A DNA stretch of 64,000 nucleotides from Guillardia theta CCMP2712. Lineage: Eukaryota > Protista > Cryptophyta. The notes under the pieces were generated by a model. It did not search any database, was not told where the DNA came from, and saw only the letters and a program-made list of their open reading frames with translations. Positions within the stretch are counted from its first letter, which is position 1. Every line of letters starts with the position of its first letter. Made by a program: the position numbers and the translations under genes. Below, in pieces: positions 46,349 to 60,324 of this stretch. Where the stretch lies: contig NW_005434668.1 of NCBI RefSeq assembly GCF_000315625.1, positions 936,533 to 1,000,532 of the forward strand. The letters are read 5' to 3'.

Positions 46349-49300
46349 TCACATGTCGCTATCGATCTCCTCGTCGACCTCGTCGTTGTCTGCTGGGACG
46401 TGGATGTTCATCTTGCGATAGATCGTGTCCACCATCGACTGATCCAGGTAAGGCCCCAGCAGGATTCTCCTCTGCAACATCCAACAATTCAGCTCGCTCC
46501 AACACAGGCAGCACGAACTCCAATAGAAACAGGGATGGAGAGGGAGGGAGAAGAACAAAAGAAGGGAAGGTTGGGAGCGATCGGAATCTGCCGCACCTGC
46601 CGCATCTTTTCGATGAGCTGATAACACTGCTGGAAGTCTTGTTCACTGAAGAAGAACTCGATCAACAGGGCAAAGACGTCGCCAACCTGCATCCCCCCGT
46701 CAGGAGCCCCGGCACATCCTTTCCCTGTCCCTACCTGCACAGCCACGTCCAACTTCGGGGTCTCCAGCAGTTGATAGCAAGTCTGTACAAACTCGTTGGG
46801 GTCGTCCTTGACCAGGCTCTTAGCTCGCACGAAGACTTCGATCAGCTGTATCCGTCGGTCGAGCATTGTACAGTCCTCGTCAGCCTTGACAAGATATTTC
46901 TTGCTCTCCTTCAAAGCATCCAGAGCCTTCTCGTAGTCGCGATACTCGTCGATTTCTACTTGGGAACAAGAGTCGTAGAACATGCCGAGCTGGAGGGACA
47001 AGGTGAGAGAACAGGACAGGAGCCCGCGCAAGTTACCTGCTTGTAGGCCTTGGCCTTGTTGTAGAACTCGATGATCTTCTTCATAATCTCTGGCTCTGTA
47101 TGCCAGTTCTGTGTCTGCAGGTAGTTGGCAGCTCTGATGTAGATCTCCTTGGATCTCAGCACTCCGGCAAAGAAAATGATCTTCTCGGTATCTCCTGACT
47201 TGAGGAGCGCGTCCATCGCTTTGTCCTTCATCCCAGCCTGCCACGAGAGCGTAAGAGGAAGGAGGTGGAGGGAGTGAGGACGAGGAGTCTACTCACCTGC
47301 GTGTACTTCTTCGTTGCCAGGTGATAGTTCTGCTGCTGTACACAGATGTCTGCTATCCTCTTCAGCATCGAGTTTCTCAGCTCGGCGTCTGCCTCCTTCT
47401 CCGGGAGCAGCTCCGTGATCTTCTCTGCCATGGTCTCCGTCATCTCCACCTTGTACTTCTCACAGAGCTCGAGAGCATGCTTGGGCTGCTTGCAGGTGAC
47501 AAACAGCTGGACAGCCTTGTCGTACTGCGAGTGAGACATGAAGAAGTCTCCCACCTTCTGCAGGAGATCAGGGTCAGTGTCGCTTCCCAGGTCGTCGGAG
47601 ATCGCTCTGAGAGAGTCGAAGAGCTTCGCGTCGAAGCAGATCTGGAGGGCCCTGGAGCTATTCCCCCCATTCTTGTACAGAACCACCGCTTGCTCGTACA
47701 TCTGTCGCTCCTCCAGGTACTTGGCACATTCCAGCATCACTCTCTTGTTGCATCGGATGGCGAGGGGCAGCAGCTCCTTGTCGAGCCCGTTCTCACGAGC
47801 AAGGCGAACAGCGTGGTTGTACCTCCCGGACTTGGAGAAGAGGCGGATCGCGTCCTTGGGCTTCTCCATGGCCTCGTACTGTGACGCCAGGTAGTAGGCA
47901 GCTGGGCCGCTGCCGGATTCGTTGACAACCTCCTCGGCGGCTTCAAAGTTTCTCTGGAAGCAGCGGATCCTGACTATGGACATGAAGTCTTCGGCCTGCT
48001 TGTAGTAGTTGAGCGCCACGTCAAGCTTCTGCTTGCTCTCGAAGTACTTGGCCATCCACCCGAACAGAACCTTGTCATTGGCCTTGCGGACGTACTCCTC
48101 GCACGAGGAGATATCCTTCATCTCATAGAACATCCTCGGGACCTCCGTGCGATGTGCATCCGCCTTCTCGTAGCAGGCGATTGCTGCCTTATGGTCCCCG
48201 ACGTTCTCGAGGTAACGGCCCCAGGCGTAATACGTCCCTTTGAGGTTGATCCGATCCTTCTTCTGCGCCGTCTCCACCGCCTTCTCCCATAAGCCGCACG
48301 CCTGGTACATCTTGTTCAACAAGTCGTACCGGCCGCACGACACGTAGAGCCTCTCGGCATCTTCTATCAACCCCAGCTGGATCGCTACCATGGCGATTTG
48401 CGCTTCTCGCTCTGCAACGACGGTGAGGGGAGGAGGGGAGGAGGGGAGGAGGGGAGGGGAAGACGTACCTTTCTCCTGACGGGCGAGCCGGACAGCTCGA
48501 GCTCCCTTGGCATCCCCCATGTTGCTCAGGCAGACTTCAGCCACGTCCAGCCTCGAGGTCTTCACGCACATGTGCGCCATGTTCTTCCACACGTTGGGCC
48601 CTTTGATGAGCTTCACCGCCTTATACGCCTCGTCCATGTTCCCCAGCGTGAGGTTGTAGCTGAACTCCAGCAGAGCCCAACGAGTCTGGAAATTCACAAG
48701 CTCCATCCCCACGAAGTCTCTCAGGACTTTGCTCTGAATCTGAATCGTCGAGTTCCCCGTGGCCTCGTCCGACTTGGGCGCGCTGAGGAACAGGTGGGGG
48801 ATCTGGAGTCCGAGGAGGACGGAGCCTTCCGAGGTGATGGGGAAACGATCCTGCAGGAGCAGCCCCTTCTCTGTCGTAGCGAAGAAAGTCACAACCTCAG
48901 CCCTGTTGATCTTGAAGATCTCAGCTCCAAAGTCCTTCATCTCCCCGCGGTACTTGATCTCGCAACCCAGCAAGTTCCCAGCTTTCTCTCTCGCCTTGAA
49001 GCCCTCCTTCTCGATCTCGTTCTCCTTCTTTCCCTCGGTGATGTCCGCCGTATCCCAGAAGTGGTTCACTGGGTAGTAATCCGGGCCGAACTCGTAGCTG
49101 TAGAATGAGTCCGATACGACGTCGAACACCCAGATTTTTGTGTCAACAATCTCTGCCTTGGATGCATCTGAGCTGCCCCTAGCCAGGATACTCACCTTGC
49201 TGCCCATGCTGTTGATCTTCACCGATACTATGTCAGCGATCGGCACGTCTCCTTCCTCGAACTTGCGCGAGAGGACGGACTTCCTCTTAGTGGTGGAAAC

Positions 49301-51100
49301 GTCCCAGATGTGGATGTAGTTCTTGCTGGTGCTCGCTACCAGCCATGTGCCATGACAGTCAAGGTAGACAGGCTCGCCCTCCACTTCCTCGACAGGGAGC
49401 CTCTTGGTGATCGTTCCTTCAAGGTTCGCAACTTCAATCTCCGAATCGTTGGCCATGTAAATGTACAGCGGCTCGTTGGGGAAGTAAGACCCTATGACCA
49501 TGGTAGTAGCGTTGGTGTTGAAAGAAGAGGTGAAGGTGTGATGGTTGGTAAGGCTGTTGATCTCATAAACTTCTGCCTTCCTCCCACTCCAAACCAAGAT
49601 GTTTGACTTTGTGATATCACACCCCTTGATCGGGACACCGCACTCTACCTCCGTCAACTTCAAAGGGCTGTTTCCTGCCCAGAAGTTCTTTATGACATCT
49701 GGCTCGATGTCAACTTGCGGTATCCCTCTTTCGTCTAGCTTTCGATGAACCGGCAGGAAGCCAAGGTGCTTGTTGGATATTTGAACCATCGCCACCTGGT
49801 CTCTCACTTTCCTCTGCAGCTCATTCTCGACCAAGATGTGAACCGACTTGTCTGTGGATGCTGACAGGAACCCATGATGCTTTGCCCACTGCAGATCGAT
49901 CACTGTCATTCCCAGCTTGACAGTTGCCCGGAGCATCGGGTACCAATCATCTGCAGAAGAGCTCTGGCTGCTGGAGATATTGTGGGACCAGAACAGGACA
50001 TATCCCTTGGAGGTTCCAGCGCACAGGATCCGTCTCTTCTCGCTGTACGCCACTGAGTGAATCTTGTCATCTGGTGGAACTTTGGGATCTGAGACCCTCA
50101 GCACGTAGTTCTCGTCTTCTGAAAGCTTCCAGAAGCGCAACAGATTCTCCCCCGATGACGTCATCAACAACCCCGACGAGATCCAGATCGCTCGCATCAT
50201 CACGTTCGTCTCATGCAGGCTCTTGGCCGCTATCTTACCCGACGAGATCTCCTTGATCTGACCCGAGTCGTCGGGCCCAGAAATCCGTTTCATCATCATA
50301 TGCTCATTGATCGCAATTAGCTCGTCTGCCTCCTCGTAATACACCAGCGCTGCTATGCCACTCGTTCCTCCATCAGGCGACTCGAGACGAAAGAGCTCCT
50401 GCACCTTGGTCTTGTCGTCGGATCCGTAGTACACGATACCATCCTCCCCAGCGAAGTAGTAGGTAGGAGCGTCCCCGTCATCACTCTTCATCGATTTCTT
50501 GCTCCTAAAGGTAATGTGCGTTACTGCACTCTGACCCTTCTGGATGATAGATTGCTGCACAAAGATCCCTCTCTCCTCCGGCTTCCACACAGCGAGAAGT
50601 CCGTTCTTGTCAGTTGAAAGCAGCCTGGACCCACACGGGCTCCAAGCAAGGAGGCAGATACTGCCTTTGTGCGCTAAATTATTTTCTCTGAAGTTAGAAA
50701 ACACTGTCTCCCCCATGCTCTTGTTCTTATCCTCCCATAGCACTATGGAGCCATCATCCCAGCCCGATGCTAGGATGTTCTTAGGCCCTGGACCCCAGGC
50801 TACGTAAGTCGGTGCAGAACTTTTATGATAATCCTTGTCCGACTTGACCGCCTGGGAAGTAGAATCGGTTCAGTGGCAGAGAAACGTCTGTGCCATGTGC
50901 AAACCTCATCATGGAATATCGAGAGTCTGCCATCGCTCGTTCCTACAATGAGGAGAGGAGACTTCATCTGCCGAGGACACCAGTCCCTGCACCATACGAT
51001 CAATCAGCTCTAAAGCTCATTCAAATTTTCAAAAATGAGCGCAATGTTGGTGAGTACAAGAAAGGGGAACAAACTGACGATCCAATTCGGTTCAGCATGC
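46349..51100 (-). CDS. IFT140: Intraflagellar transport protein 140 (WD40 + TPR-like solenoid); start approximate
   Basis: [101 protein letters not shown]. Confidence 0.96.
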
Positions 51101-51515
51101 AAACATCGTCCACAAAAGATCCTCATGAGAAACAAGCCATCTCCATGAGCCTGAAGTCAACCGCCCCAAGACAACCTCCGGACTCCAACCGCCCACGAAA
51201 CAACTACAACCAGGATAGGAATCGTGCTCTCATCGAACAGAAGACAAAGTTTTCCCCCATCATGTGCAGTCAACCTTCGCATTGTCGTCATCATACCTGC
51301 ATAAGATGATGTCGTCCCCCTGCATCTTGTCCAGGCTGCAGCCATACTCGAAGAAGAGAGCCTCTCCCATGACCGCTACACCCACCGCTACCCCACCCCA
51401 CCCCCAATTCAACATGGAAAATCACCCCCTGCTTCAGTTTGCGAACATTTCAATCAGCACCCCCTGTTGCATAGGGAATACTACCCCTACCTTCACGTTC
51501 TCTGACCTGCTCCCT

Positions 51516-53037
51516 ATGGCACCCGCTACTCGTTTGGCGATCGCCGTTGCGCTATGCTCATTGACTGATGCATTCCTGCTTCCATCCTCCTCTCTCAGGT
51601 ACTCTCCACTGCTCTCCTGTCCTCGCATGCCTATGAACCTTACTGCCACTCCATGTCCTGTCCTCACGGACCTCATCGTGCTCATGCAATCTTGTTCACG
51701 GAGATGCGGGCAGGGTGTTGCAACCCGGGAGAGCGAGCAAGATTGCGAGCATTACCAGGTCGAGGCGAGGTTGTCAAAACATCCTTGCAGGTTCACGAGT
51801 CTGATCGTGTTTGCGTAGGGAGCATCGTTCAACCATGCATGATCGCAAGTAGAGACGTGAGAACTTCCTCTTTGCTGCCGCTTGCAGGTCTGATAGCTTC
51901 TTTTAGAGCGATCGCAGGGTGGTGGAGGGCCCGTTCGAAGGACAGTTTGGAACATGGTGATCGAGATGCTCGCCCAACTTTGGCAGTGAGACGCGCACAC
52001 AGGTTTGTCGATCAAGATGACGCGGTAGAAGTTCTCACCTATCGTCTATCTCTCGTCGGTGCTGCGCTTGCGGTAAGCGGAGCTTGCCATGGCACTCCAG
52101 GATGACCTCAAGTCTGCAGACTGTGACTGGAGTAGGAATGGCCGTGTTGCCCAACTTTGTGCAAGCTCAACCTCCCTCGTAATCTCGGACATTCCATCGC
52201 GTTATATCTACTTACAGCAAGTGCAGGACTGCGGCGTTGGATGCCATGGCCGTCTTGTTTCTTGCCTCCTTTGGTGTCTCTCTGAAGACAATTCACATCT
52301 ACATGAAGCCGATGCACAACATGCTCAAGGTATTTCACTTGCCCGCACTGTGCTACCTTCACTCGGCTCCAGGCGCTTTGGGCAGGAGGAGCCCTGGGCT
52401 CGTTAGCCGTCTTTGTTGCAGGTGGGGAGATGCCATGTGACTGCTCATGACGTGTGGCCGCTGATGCCGTTGATGCAGGACCGAACCACAGCCTCGTGAA
52501 GGATTGCTTCGAGCACAGCGAGTTCTTGCTCGCCTCGGGTTGGGCATTTGTCGCCCTCACGGGTCTTTTCTTCAAGGAGTTTGCATGGTTGGGATGCAAG
52601 TCGTTGAGCTGAAGGTGATTGAGTGACATCCTTGTAGCTTTCAGAGGTGGGAGGCATCAGCACTCTTCGCCGGTCTGCCCATCCTGACAGGTCACGAAGA
52701 TCGCATTACAATGTTCCCCATCAGTCAGCATGTTGTTGACGACCGAGCAGGAGGGCATTTTCTGCATCTCCTCTCTGAAGATGTCGAGAAGGTGAAAGTG
52801 AATTTTCATGAGACGCGTTCTCCTGACCTCCTCTCTCAGGGCTTGGCTGTGATGTTTGCCACTGTGTTTGTGAGAATTTCCCTCCCGATTTGCTGCTTTT
52901 TCATTGTGTAGACCCGTATTGACCATGTCGAACAGGTCTTCTTTGCTGCGAGGAAGTTTGATCAACCTCTCAAGGCAGACATCGGAGACAAGAGCATCTT
53001 CGAATATCTCGCGCTGCAGGAGAAGATAGGACAATAG
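51516..53037 (+). CDS. Plastid-targeted DUF2301 integral membrane protein
   Basis: Leader ending TDA-F; IHIYMKPMH, FVALTGLFFKEF, FAARKFDQPLKADIGDKSIF. Confidence 0.85.
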
Positions 53038-53149
53038 AAATGGGTTTGCTCTAGTCATTCGTAGTTTTAGCAACATGTATCATCGTATATACTTTACACT
53101 TGGCATGCAAGGCTCCGATGCCCAGAAGCTGCATTGCCCACTCTGTTTC

Positions 53150-53818
53150 TCAACGCCCTCCTGCCTTCTTGTTGAAGTCCAGCACCATCTTTCGAAACTC
53201 TTCATAACTCACCTGCGATCTGTCAGCTAATCAAGGCACATGATCGGCAAAGAGTTAAATATTCACTTGACCATCGCCATCGTGATCTACCTGTAAGGGG
53301 AAGGGTGGGTGTCAGATACATTCTAATCGATATCATGTGCTACTGCTCTTACCAGTCTTATCAGTTCATCCACCTCGTCGTCTGTCAAATTCTCATTGAT
53401 GGCGAGATATGTGTTATGCAGATCTGATGCCCCAATGAAACCGTTGCCGTCACGATCGAATGTCTATACAAACTCGTCAAACAAATATCAAAATGAAAGA
53501 ACGATCTCGACATCAATTCTGTTCTGGTCCTGTGAGCTTTCTCAAGAGCTAGGCGATTGCCCTACTCCATAGCCTCTTTTCTACGCTCTTCCCTTCCCTT
53601 CCCTTCCCTGCCCTGCCCTGCCCTGCCCTGCCCTGCGCTTCTCTGCTCTGCTCTGCTCTGCTCTGCTCTGCTCTGCCCTGCCCTGCCCTGCCCTGCCCTG
53701 CCCTGCCCTGCTCTGCTCTGCTTTTCTCCTCTCTTCTTCTCTCTTCTCTTCTCTTCCCTTCTCTCCTTCTCTTCACCTGGAAAGCTTCTCGGATGTCGCT
53801 CTCGCTGAACGTCGTCAT
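53150..53818 (-). CDS. Small two-EF-hand, calmodulin C-lobe-like protein
   Basis: [14 protein letters not shown]|[15 protein letters not shown]...[14 protein letters not shown]|VDHDGDGQ|[10 protein letters not shown]. Confidence 0.88.
53590..53770. repeat. Pentamer microsatellite (CCCTG/CTCTG/CTCTT)n in intron 1 of the EF-hand gene
   Basis: Directly visible. Confidence 0.92.
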
Positions 53819-54113
53819 GATAAAACTTCGCCGTTGTGTACCCTCATCCCCCCGCATAAATCCACTCCCATGCACCTTTCCGGGCAACACCTGGCCGCAC
53901 AGCAAACGCGGGAGTTCCGAGAGCCTATGAGCTAGCCTACTAGGTCTGGTCCTAGCTGATACCTAGGGCGGTTCACTAGCGAGTACCTGGTCCATATTAG
54001 GAGTTCCTAGCTGGGCCCAGGGTGTAACGTACCATGAAAGGACAGTTACAAACTCGTTTTGACTAATTTTTTCCTTACTTTTTTTCTGCTCAGCACCTGC
54101 GAGTCCTCAGGCT

Positions 54114-55800
54114 ATGCTGCTGCCCCGCTCTCTCGCCGCCCTCCTCCTTGCCGCTCTCTCACTTCAGCCCGTCCAGACCTTCAGCAGCGTCACATGCGGA
54201 GGATGTACCTTGTACGTGTCAGACACCGGCATCCTGACCAGGCAAGGCAGCTGCCAGGTAGACTGCAATGACCTCCTGGACTTGAGCAATAGGCGGATAA
54301 GAAACATCACCGCAGGGACGTTCGAGGGGCTCACAGGCCTGCAGTACCTGAACCTATACAGCAACGAGCTCTCACGTCTTGAGGTTGGCGTGTTCGACGG
54401 GCTGACAAGCTTGCTGTCGCTGGAGCTCGGCAGGAACAACTTGAGGGAGGTCTCAGCAGGAGCTTTCCGAAGCTTGTCGAGCTTGCAAGGGCTGAGCCTA
54501 TGGGACAATGAGATATCCGATCTCCCTGCAACTGTGTTCAGCAAGCTCACCAGCCTGCAAACCATCGACATGAGCAACAACTACCTCACGAGCCTCTCAG
54601 CAGGAGAGCTCAGCGGGCTCACGAGCTTGCGAGGGATATCTCTCATGTACAACCAGCTCACCAGCATCCCGAAGAGGTTGTCAAACCTGACGAGCCTGCA
54701 GTGGATGTATCTCACAGGGAACCAGCTGGCTAGCCTGCCTGCTGGACTCACAGACTTCCCGACAAACTTGGGAATCCTCTACCTCGAGATGAACCTGCTG
54801 GGTGAGGTGCCGGAGGGAGCGTTCGATAGGCTCGTGAGCCTCACAGAGCTGTCCCTGCACATGAACGAGCTCTCGAGCCTCCCTCCAGGTCTCTTCGACA
54901 GGCTCACAAGCTTGAATTGGCTCAGCCTCTCCAACAATCACCTCTACTCACTTCCAGCTGGGATCTTCGACTCCCTTACCAACTTGTGGATTCTCTATCT
55001 CGACCATAACCAGCTCACTTGTGTTCCCTCCTCGGCTTTCCAGCCTCTGACGGCTCTCATTATTCTTGACATCTCCAGCAACAACTTCACTTGCATCGAC
55101 CCCTCCTGGCCTTCATTTGCTCTCAAGGACCCGGGACTCTCTCAGTGTACGCAGGAGACTCTCTGCACTATCTCCAGCTCGTACCCAGCTGAGCTCTTCA
55201 CGACCCCTCTGCCTGTCGAAGCCGTCAACGTTTCTCTAGAGCGCTGCTCGCTCAACGTCTCCTGGCAGCACATCATCAACAACCTCTACTCCCCCGAAGA
55301 CTTCGACTCGCCCCCCAGGTTCTCTTTCCTCACAGGTCAGCCTCTCCTCTGCCTGCTGTCTCGCCCTTCTTGGCCTGACCGGCGGCCCCAGGCGGCCTCG
55401 GCAAAAGGCTGGTGGACGACGTAGAGGAGGTCTGGGTGTGCCAGTACGGGCACGCTTGTGCTGAGGAGCTTGGAGGGGCAAAGACGACGGGGAAGGTACA
55501 GGAGGGGCTGACGGGGAGGGAGGGAGAGAAGGAGAGAGAGAGGGAGAGAGAGAGGGAGAGGGAGAGGGAGAGAGCATGAGTGATATTATACCGCAGATGG
55601 AGGCATACTGCTTCATCTACAACGAGGTCAGGTGAGAACTGGAGGGGAGGAGGAACAGCGAGCGCTTACAAACGTGCGGGGGGCGCAGGGAGAAGTTCCG
55701 GGAATGGGGTTTGATGTCCGAGCTCGACCTGATGTGAAGATGAGTTGTCGTCAGTCAAGGCAGGGAGGGACAAGGCAGGGAGACTGGAGAAGGAGAGGAG
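54114..55800 (+). CDS. Secreted/surface leucine-rich-repeat protein (3' exons approximate)
   Basis: Signal peptide, Cys cap and about 11 24-aa LRRs (LxxLxLxxNxLxxLPxGxFD). Confidence 0.9.
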
Positions 55801-56163
55801 GAGCAGGAGGAGCCTGACAGCCAGGAGTCGGATGATGGAAGAAGGGATCCAGGAGGAGACGATCGGCACGCGCCGTGAGCAAGAAAGACAAGCAGGATGT
55901 CTTGCTGTGTGTTGTAGACGAGGAAAGAAACTGAAGAGGTATTGATATCGAAGAGGGGGGAGAAGATAGGGAGGTTGAGAGATGTTGTTGTGAAATAGGA
56001 ATAAATCGATGATGTATTTGACAAGGAGAAAGAGGAGGGCGACGAGAAAAGTTTTTACTGGAAGAAGATGGGAGGAGGGCTTGAGTGAAGGCGAGAGGAG
56101 CGGGAAAGAGAAAAGAGGAGGAGAGTGAAGAACAAGAAAGGAGGAAGTTTTCTTCTCCGACTT

Positions 56164-57211
56164 TCATGACCAAGAGAACCCAACAAGAAGTTTGTACTTG
56201 CTGATTAAACTCTCAACAGCTTGAGCCTTTGAGTCCTGCAGAGTGTAAGAGGAAGGAGAAGCGAGTCTTTGAACAATGAAGAAGAGATGTAGATATGCAA
56301 GGAGATGAAGGTGATGCACGAAACTTACTGTTGAGCTTGTCCGTTCAGAGATGGCAGTCCTGATGTTGAGGACTTGACCAGAAGTGACCTAGTGCGGAGA
56401 AGAGAAGAAGAAACAAAAGAAAGAAGAGAGATGAGTTGATTAAAGATAGAAAGATGAGATGAAGAGAGAGAAAATTGAGCAGAAAAGAGCAAAATCAAAT
56501 GAGAGGAAGAGAGGAATTTAACAAGAGAAGGTGAAGGGGAAATGAGAGAGGAAGCGGAACATATGACCACTGATAGATCATGACAGAGCTATTACATGTT
56601 TAGGTTCCTCGAAGGTATGAAGAGCTTGAAAGTATCCATTCTCACTGGTCAAAATCTTTTCAGGCAGGAAGACCTCTCTATCATCCTGAATGATTGTCAG
56701 TGTGCAACAGACAAACAACCAACAAGACAGACGTCTGTCAGACAGATCTTTGCTGAGAAGACAACTCCATGGCAAACCCCTTGGCTTGCAAGGGTCAAGC
56801 TTTCGTCCTTCTCAAACTTAGCAAGTGCAAGTCACTACCCACACGACAACCTCGCAACCTCACAGGCTCGCAACTTGAACTGGAGCTGAACGACGTCACG
56901 ACTTGAGGAGGAGACAGAAATTTCATGCTCCCTTCCCATGGCAGACTATCCGCGATCGCCAGATCTGACATGTCCGACCTCCTCCCCTTGCCCCCCTTCC
57001 TCGGGTTGAACTCGTTGAACTTGTGCAGCTTCACTCCCTCCGCCTCCTCCAGCTCCGCCTGCTTCCTCCTCCACATCTCCTCACACTCGAACGCCCGAGC
57101 TGTGACCGAGAAAGAGCACGGGAGGATGGAACAAGAGCCTTGCAGGAGCCCCTGCGGTAGAGGACGATTAGAGAGAAGCCAAGAGGGGAGCAGGAGAAGG
57201 AGCGGAGGGGG

Positions 57212-57258
<47 letters not shown>

Positions 57259-59837
57259 AAAGACAAGAAGGAGAGGGGAATGTCAGAGAAAGGGAAATGT
57301 TGTAAAGGAGTGGAGGCACGAGATGAAAGCTCAGCAAAGGCTGCGAGAAGAAAATTGGGATGAGCACGGGGAAACTCAAGAATTGAGGCAACGGAGGAGG
57401 GGAAGGCTGATAGATCAAAGGAGGGCAGCAGGGAAGGTAAAACAGCAGATGCAAAGGATGCCAACATTATCTCGCAGCGCCGTGATCTCCTGCCAGAAAC
57501 GGAGAAACTCGTCCACAGCCCACGTTCCTCCTGCTCCTCCCACAGCCAGCGCGTGATAGGAGGGTTCAGCTAAGACGACGTCGAATCTCCCTCCTTGCAG
57601 CTCCCGTGAGGCGGCGCTGCAGACAGCCTGGAAGGAAATGAGGGATGCAGGAGGAGGTTGAGGAGTGAAGGGGAAAGGGGAGTGGAGGAGGAGGAAACGA
57701 GTGAGTGACCAGAAGTAAGCGAGCACGAGCACGATCAGCAGTATCAGCAGCAACAGTGTCCTTCCTCTACCTTACCTCCGTCATGCTGCCATCGAAGGTT
57801 TGTCCTTTCTCTACCACAGCTACAACCTTGATCGCTCCTTCTTGATTTCTCCCCTTCACTGCCATGTTTGCAAGCTCGCATGCGTCCAGGGAGCTCTGCA
57901 GGCTGACCACAGAGATGCGCATGCGCCGCTGAGATTCAGTTTCAGATGTTGAAGTGAGCAGCAGGGTATGTATGCAAGACAACAAACAGGGACGGCAAGT
58001 TAGTCTACCTCTGATTCCTCCTGTCGAAGGTCGGTGATGGCCTTTGCTGCGGATCGATCAAACAGAATCAAGTTGATCTCTCAACCCACCAGCAGCGATG
58101 GGCAGGAGTGGGCCATCGCCAAGGAGGAGGACTTGAACAACAAGTCAGATCCGGAGGACTCGGTGCGACTGGACCTTTCAACGTGTCTTGGCTGGGATCA
58201 CCCTTGTCGAGAGATTTGTTGATCAGATCGCAAACAACTGAGATGTAAGAGTTCTCGCGCTCTTGACAACTCAGTTGCAAGATGTGGCATCGTCTCAGAA
58301 AGGGATACTGCACGCAATCTTTCGAAGGTGCCTCGAACGGTAAAAATTCTCCCTACACACATCATGCCGTGAAAAAAACAGAACTACACGAACACAACAA
58401 GAAAACACCTCAAGATCTTTCGTTGCATCATCGTAACTCTTACGGACCATGAACCTCGGATAACACTCTTTGTGCCCACAAACAACTTGCAACAGGTCAC
58501 CCTTGACAACTTCAACTGCGGCAGGCAGAACACATGCGGCCTGCGGGGGAAAGTCACTGCAGAGTCTCCACCTCATCAACTCCTCGTCTCACTTGTCTCC
58601 AATGCTCTCGCTCAGGAGGAGGATATCCGTCTACATTCAGACACAAGTCAAGGGCTAGAGTACCTCTTGCGCTCAGCAGCTACCTCGCTCGTCTTCGAAT
58701 CCTCCTCTCCCGTACCCCTCCGGTTCCGTTGACAACTGAACCGCCCCCGTCCCCTCCATGTCCAGCGTCCACCAGATCAGGATGGCGTCGACGGTTCCAT
58801 CTTCCATGACCTTCAACGGCCTGACTTCAGTCGGATCTCAGAGAGAGTCTTGAGTTTACACCTCAACAGAAACGGAACGCTGGTCTTGGAGCTTGGGGTG
58901 TGCGAAGTCAAAGATCTTTGAGTGCAAGTGAGGAGGCTAGGATAGTGACAGCATCGTAGACTACCTGGCCGATGAAAGGTCTTGACAACTGCCTTGCAAG
59001 TTTTCTTGCCAGCATCATGTTTGCGTGCACTTGGATGGGTTCTTCAAAAGTCCACTTCCTAGCTGCCAGTGCAACAAAGGAGTCGGAGCAGGGGTTAGGT
59101 GAAGAGAGGAGGGGCCGAGGAGGAGCGAGCGATGTGAAGAGGAAGAGGACAGAAGCAAGAGCAAGAGGACAATCTATCAGAATCCATTCGCAACCCTCGC
59201 ATATTTCACCTGCTTCCCTCGCATGTTCAACAGAGGCTCTCTTCACTTCCTCCACCGATCCCAGCAAGTCCTGACCCCGGAGAGTCTCGTGTCGGCGGAT
59301 CCAGTCCGACTCGATGAGGACGCAGTGCATCCTGCCCCCTGCAGGAATAACTCTTCCTCCCTCCGCGAGCAAGCCTCTTTTCACAGCATCGTGCATCGTA
59401 GGCACCATACCCTCTCCGAGCATGAAGCTATCGAAGATCTCAGTCACAATCACGTTGGCTCCGAAGGGAACGTCCAGCCCATAGCCAACCTTCACTTCAG
59501 TGCTGTGTTTTCCTATCACCGTCACCTTCTCCTCATAGCGATTGTCCTCGATCACAAGCCGCGCTGCTTTCTCCAGTTTGGGGTCTCCCTCAATCGCAAA
59601 TACATGCTGCGCCCCAGCACCGGCCGCCATCATCGCAAGGAGTCCGCTGCCGGTGCCGATGTCAACGACCAGATCGTCTTCTTCTACTGTCTGCTCGATC
59701 CCCCTCCGGTAGGCCTCATTCCTCCTTCGGTCTTGAAGCATGTCGAAGTGATAGGTCGGCGCAAATCCTTCTCCTACCTGCCAACTCTGCACGCCGAGCC
59801 TCTTCATGGAATCGTCGTACCCTCCTATCACCACCAT
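56164..59837 (-). CDS. Protein arginine methyltransferase, PRMT7/9-type, with tandem second domain
   Basis: DMLQDRRRNEAY, VVDIGTGSGLLAMMAA, VIVTEIFDSFMLGEG; later FDVVLAEPSY. 3' end inferred from splicing. Confidence 0.85.
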
Positions 59838-60324
59838 CTTCCTGTCGTTCTGTAACTTTCGTCTTCTTCCTCTTCCTCGTGCTCTTCCTCTCTCGCTTCT
59901 CGCTATCGTTCGCACCTCCTCTCCTTCGCTCGCTCCGCAATCTTCACGTGCGCACCATCTTCACTTCGAGACAGGAGCGACCACCCGTCCCACTTACTGG
60001 ACCAAATAAGGTAGGGGTAGGGGCATTCTCATCGCCCTCATACAAAGTTGTCGACTCTGCACTGAAGTAGTACTCTCCTTGGAAGTCAGGCTAGGTGGTC
60101 GTGTTCTTGTTCTCCCCTGTAGCAAGACGAGAATAAACCGTCACGATTTAGTGGCTTTGTTGAGCGCAGAGAGCGTGAGTATACCTAAGTACGCTGTGAG
60201 TACAGAAGACTCAGAGCATCCCGGGGGGCGGCTGGGTGGGCCAGTGGGTGGGCCCGTAACTGCGGGCAAGTAACAAAAATCTCCCTGGTACAAAAATTGT
60301 TTGATTGGCAGTTACAGCGTCAAA

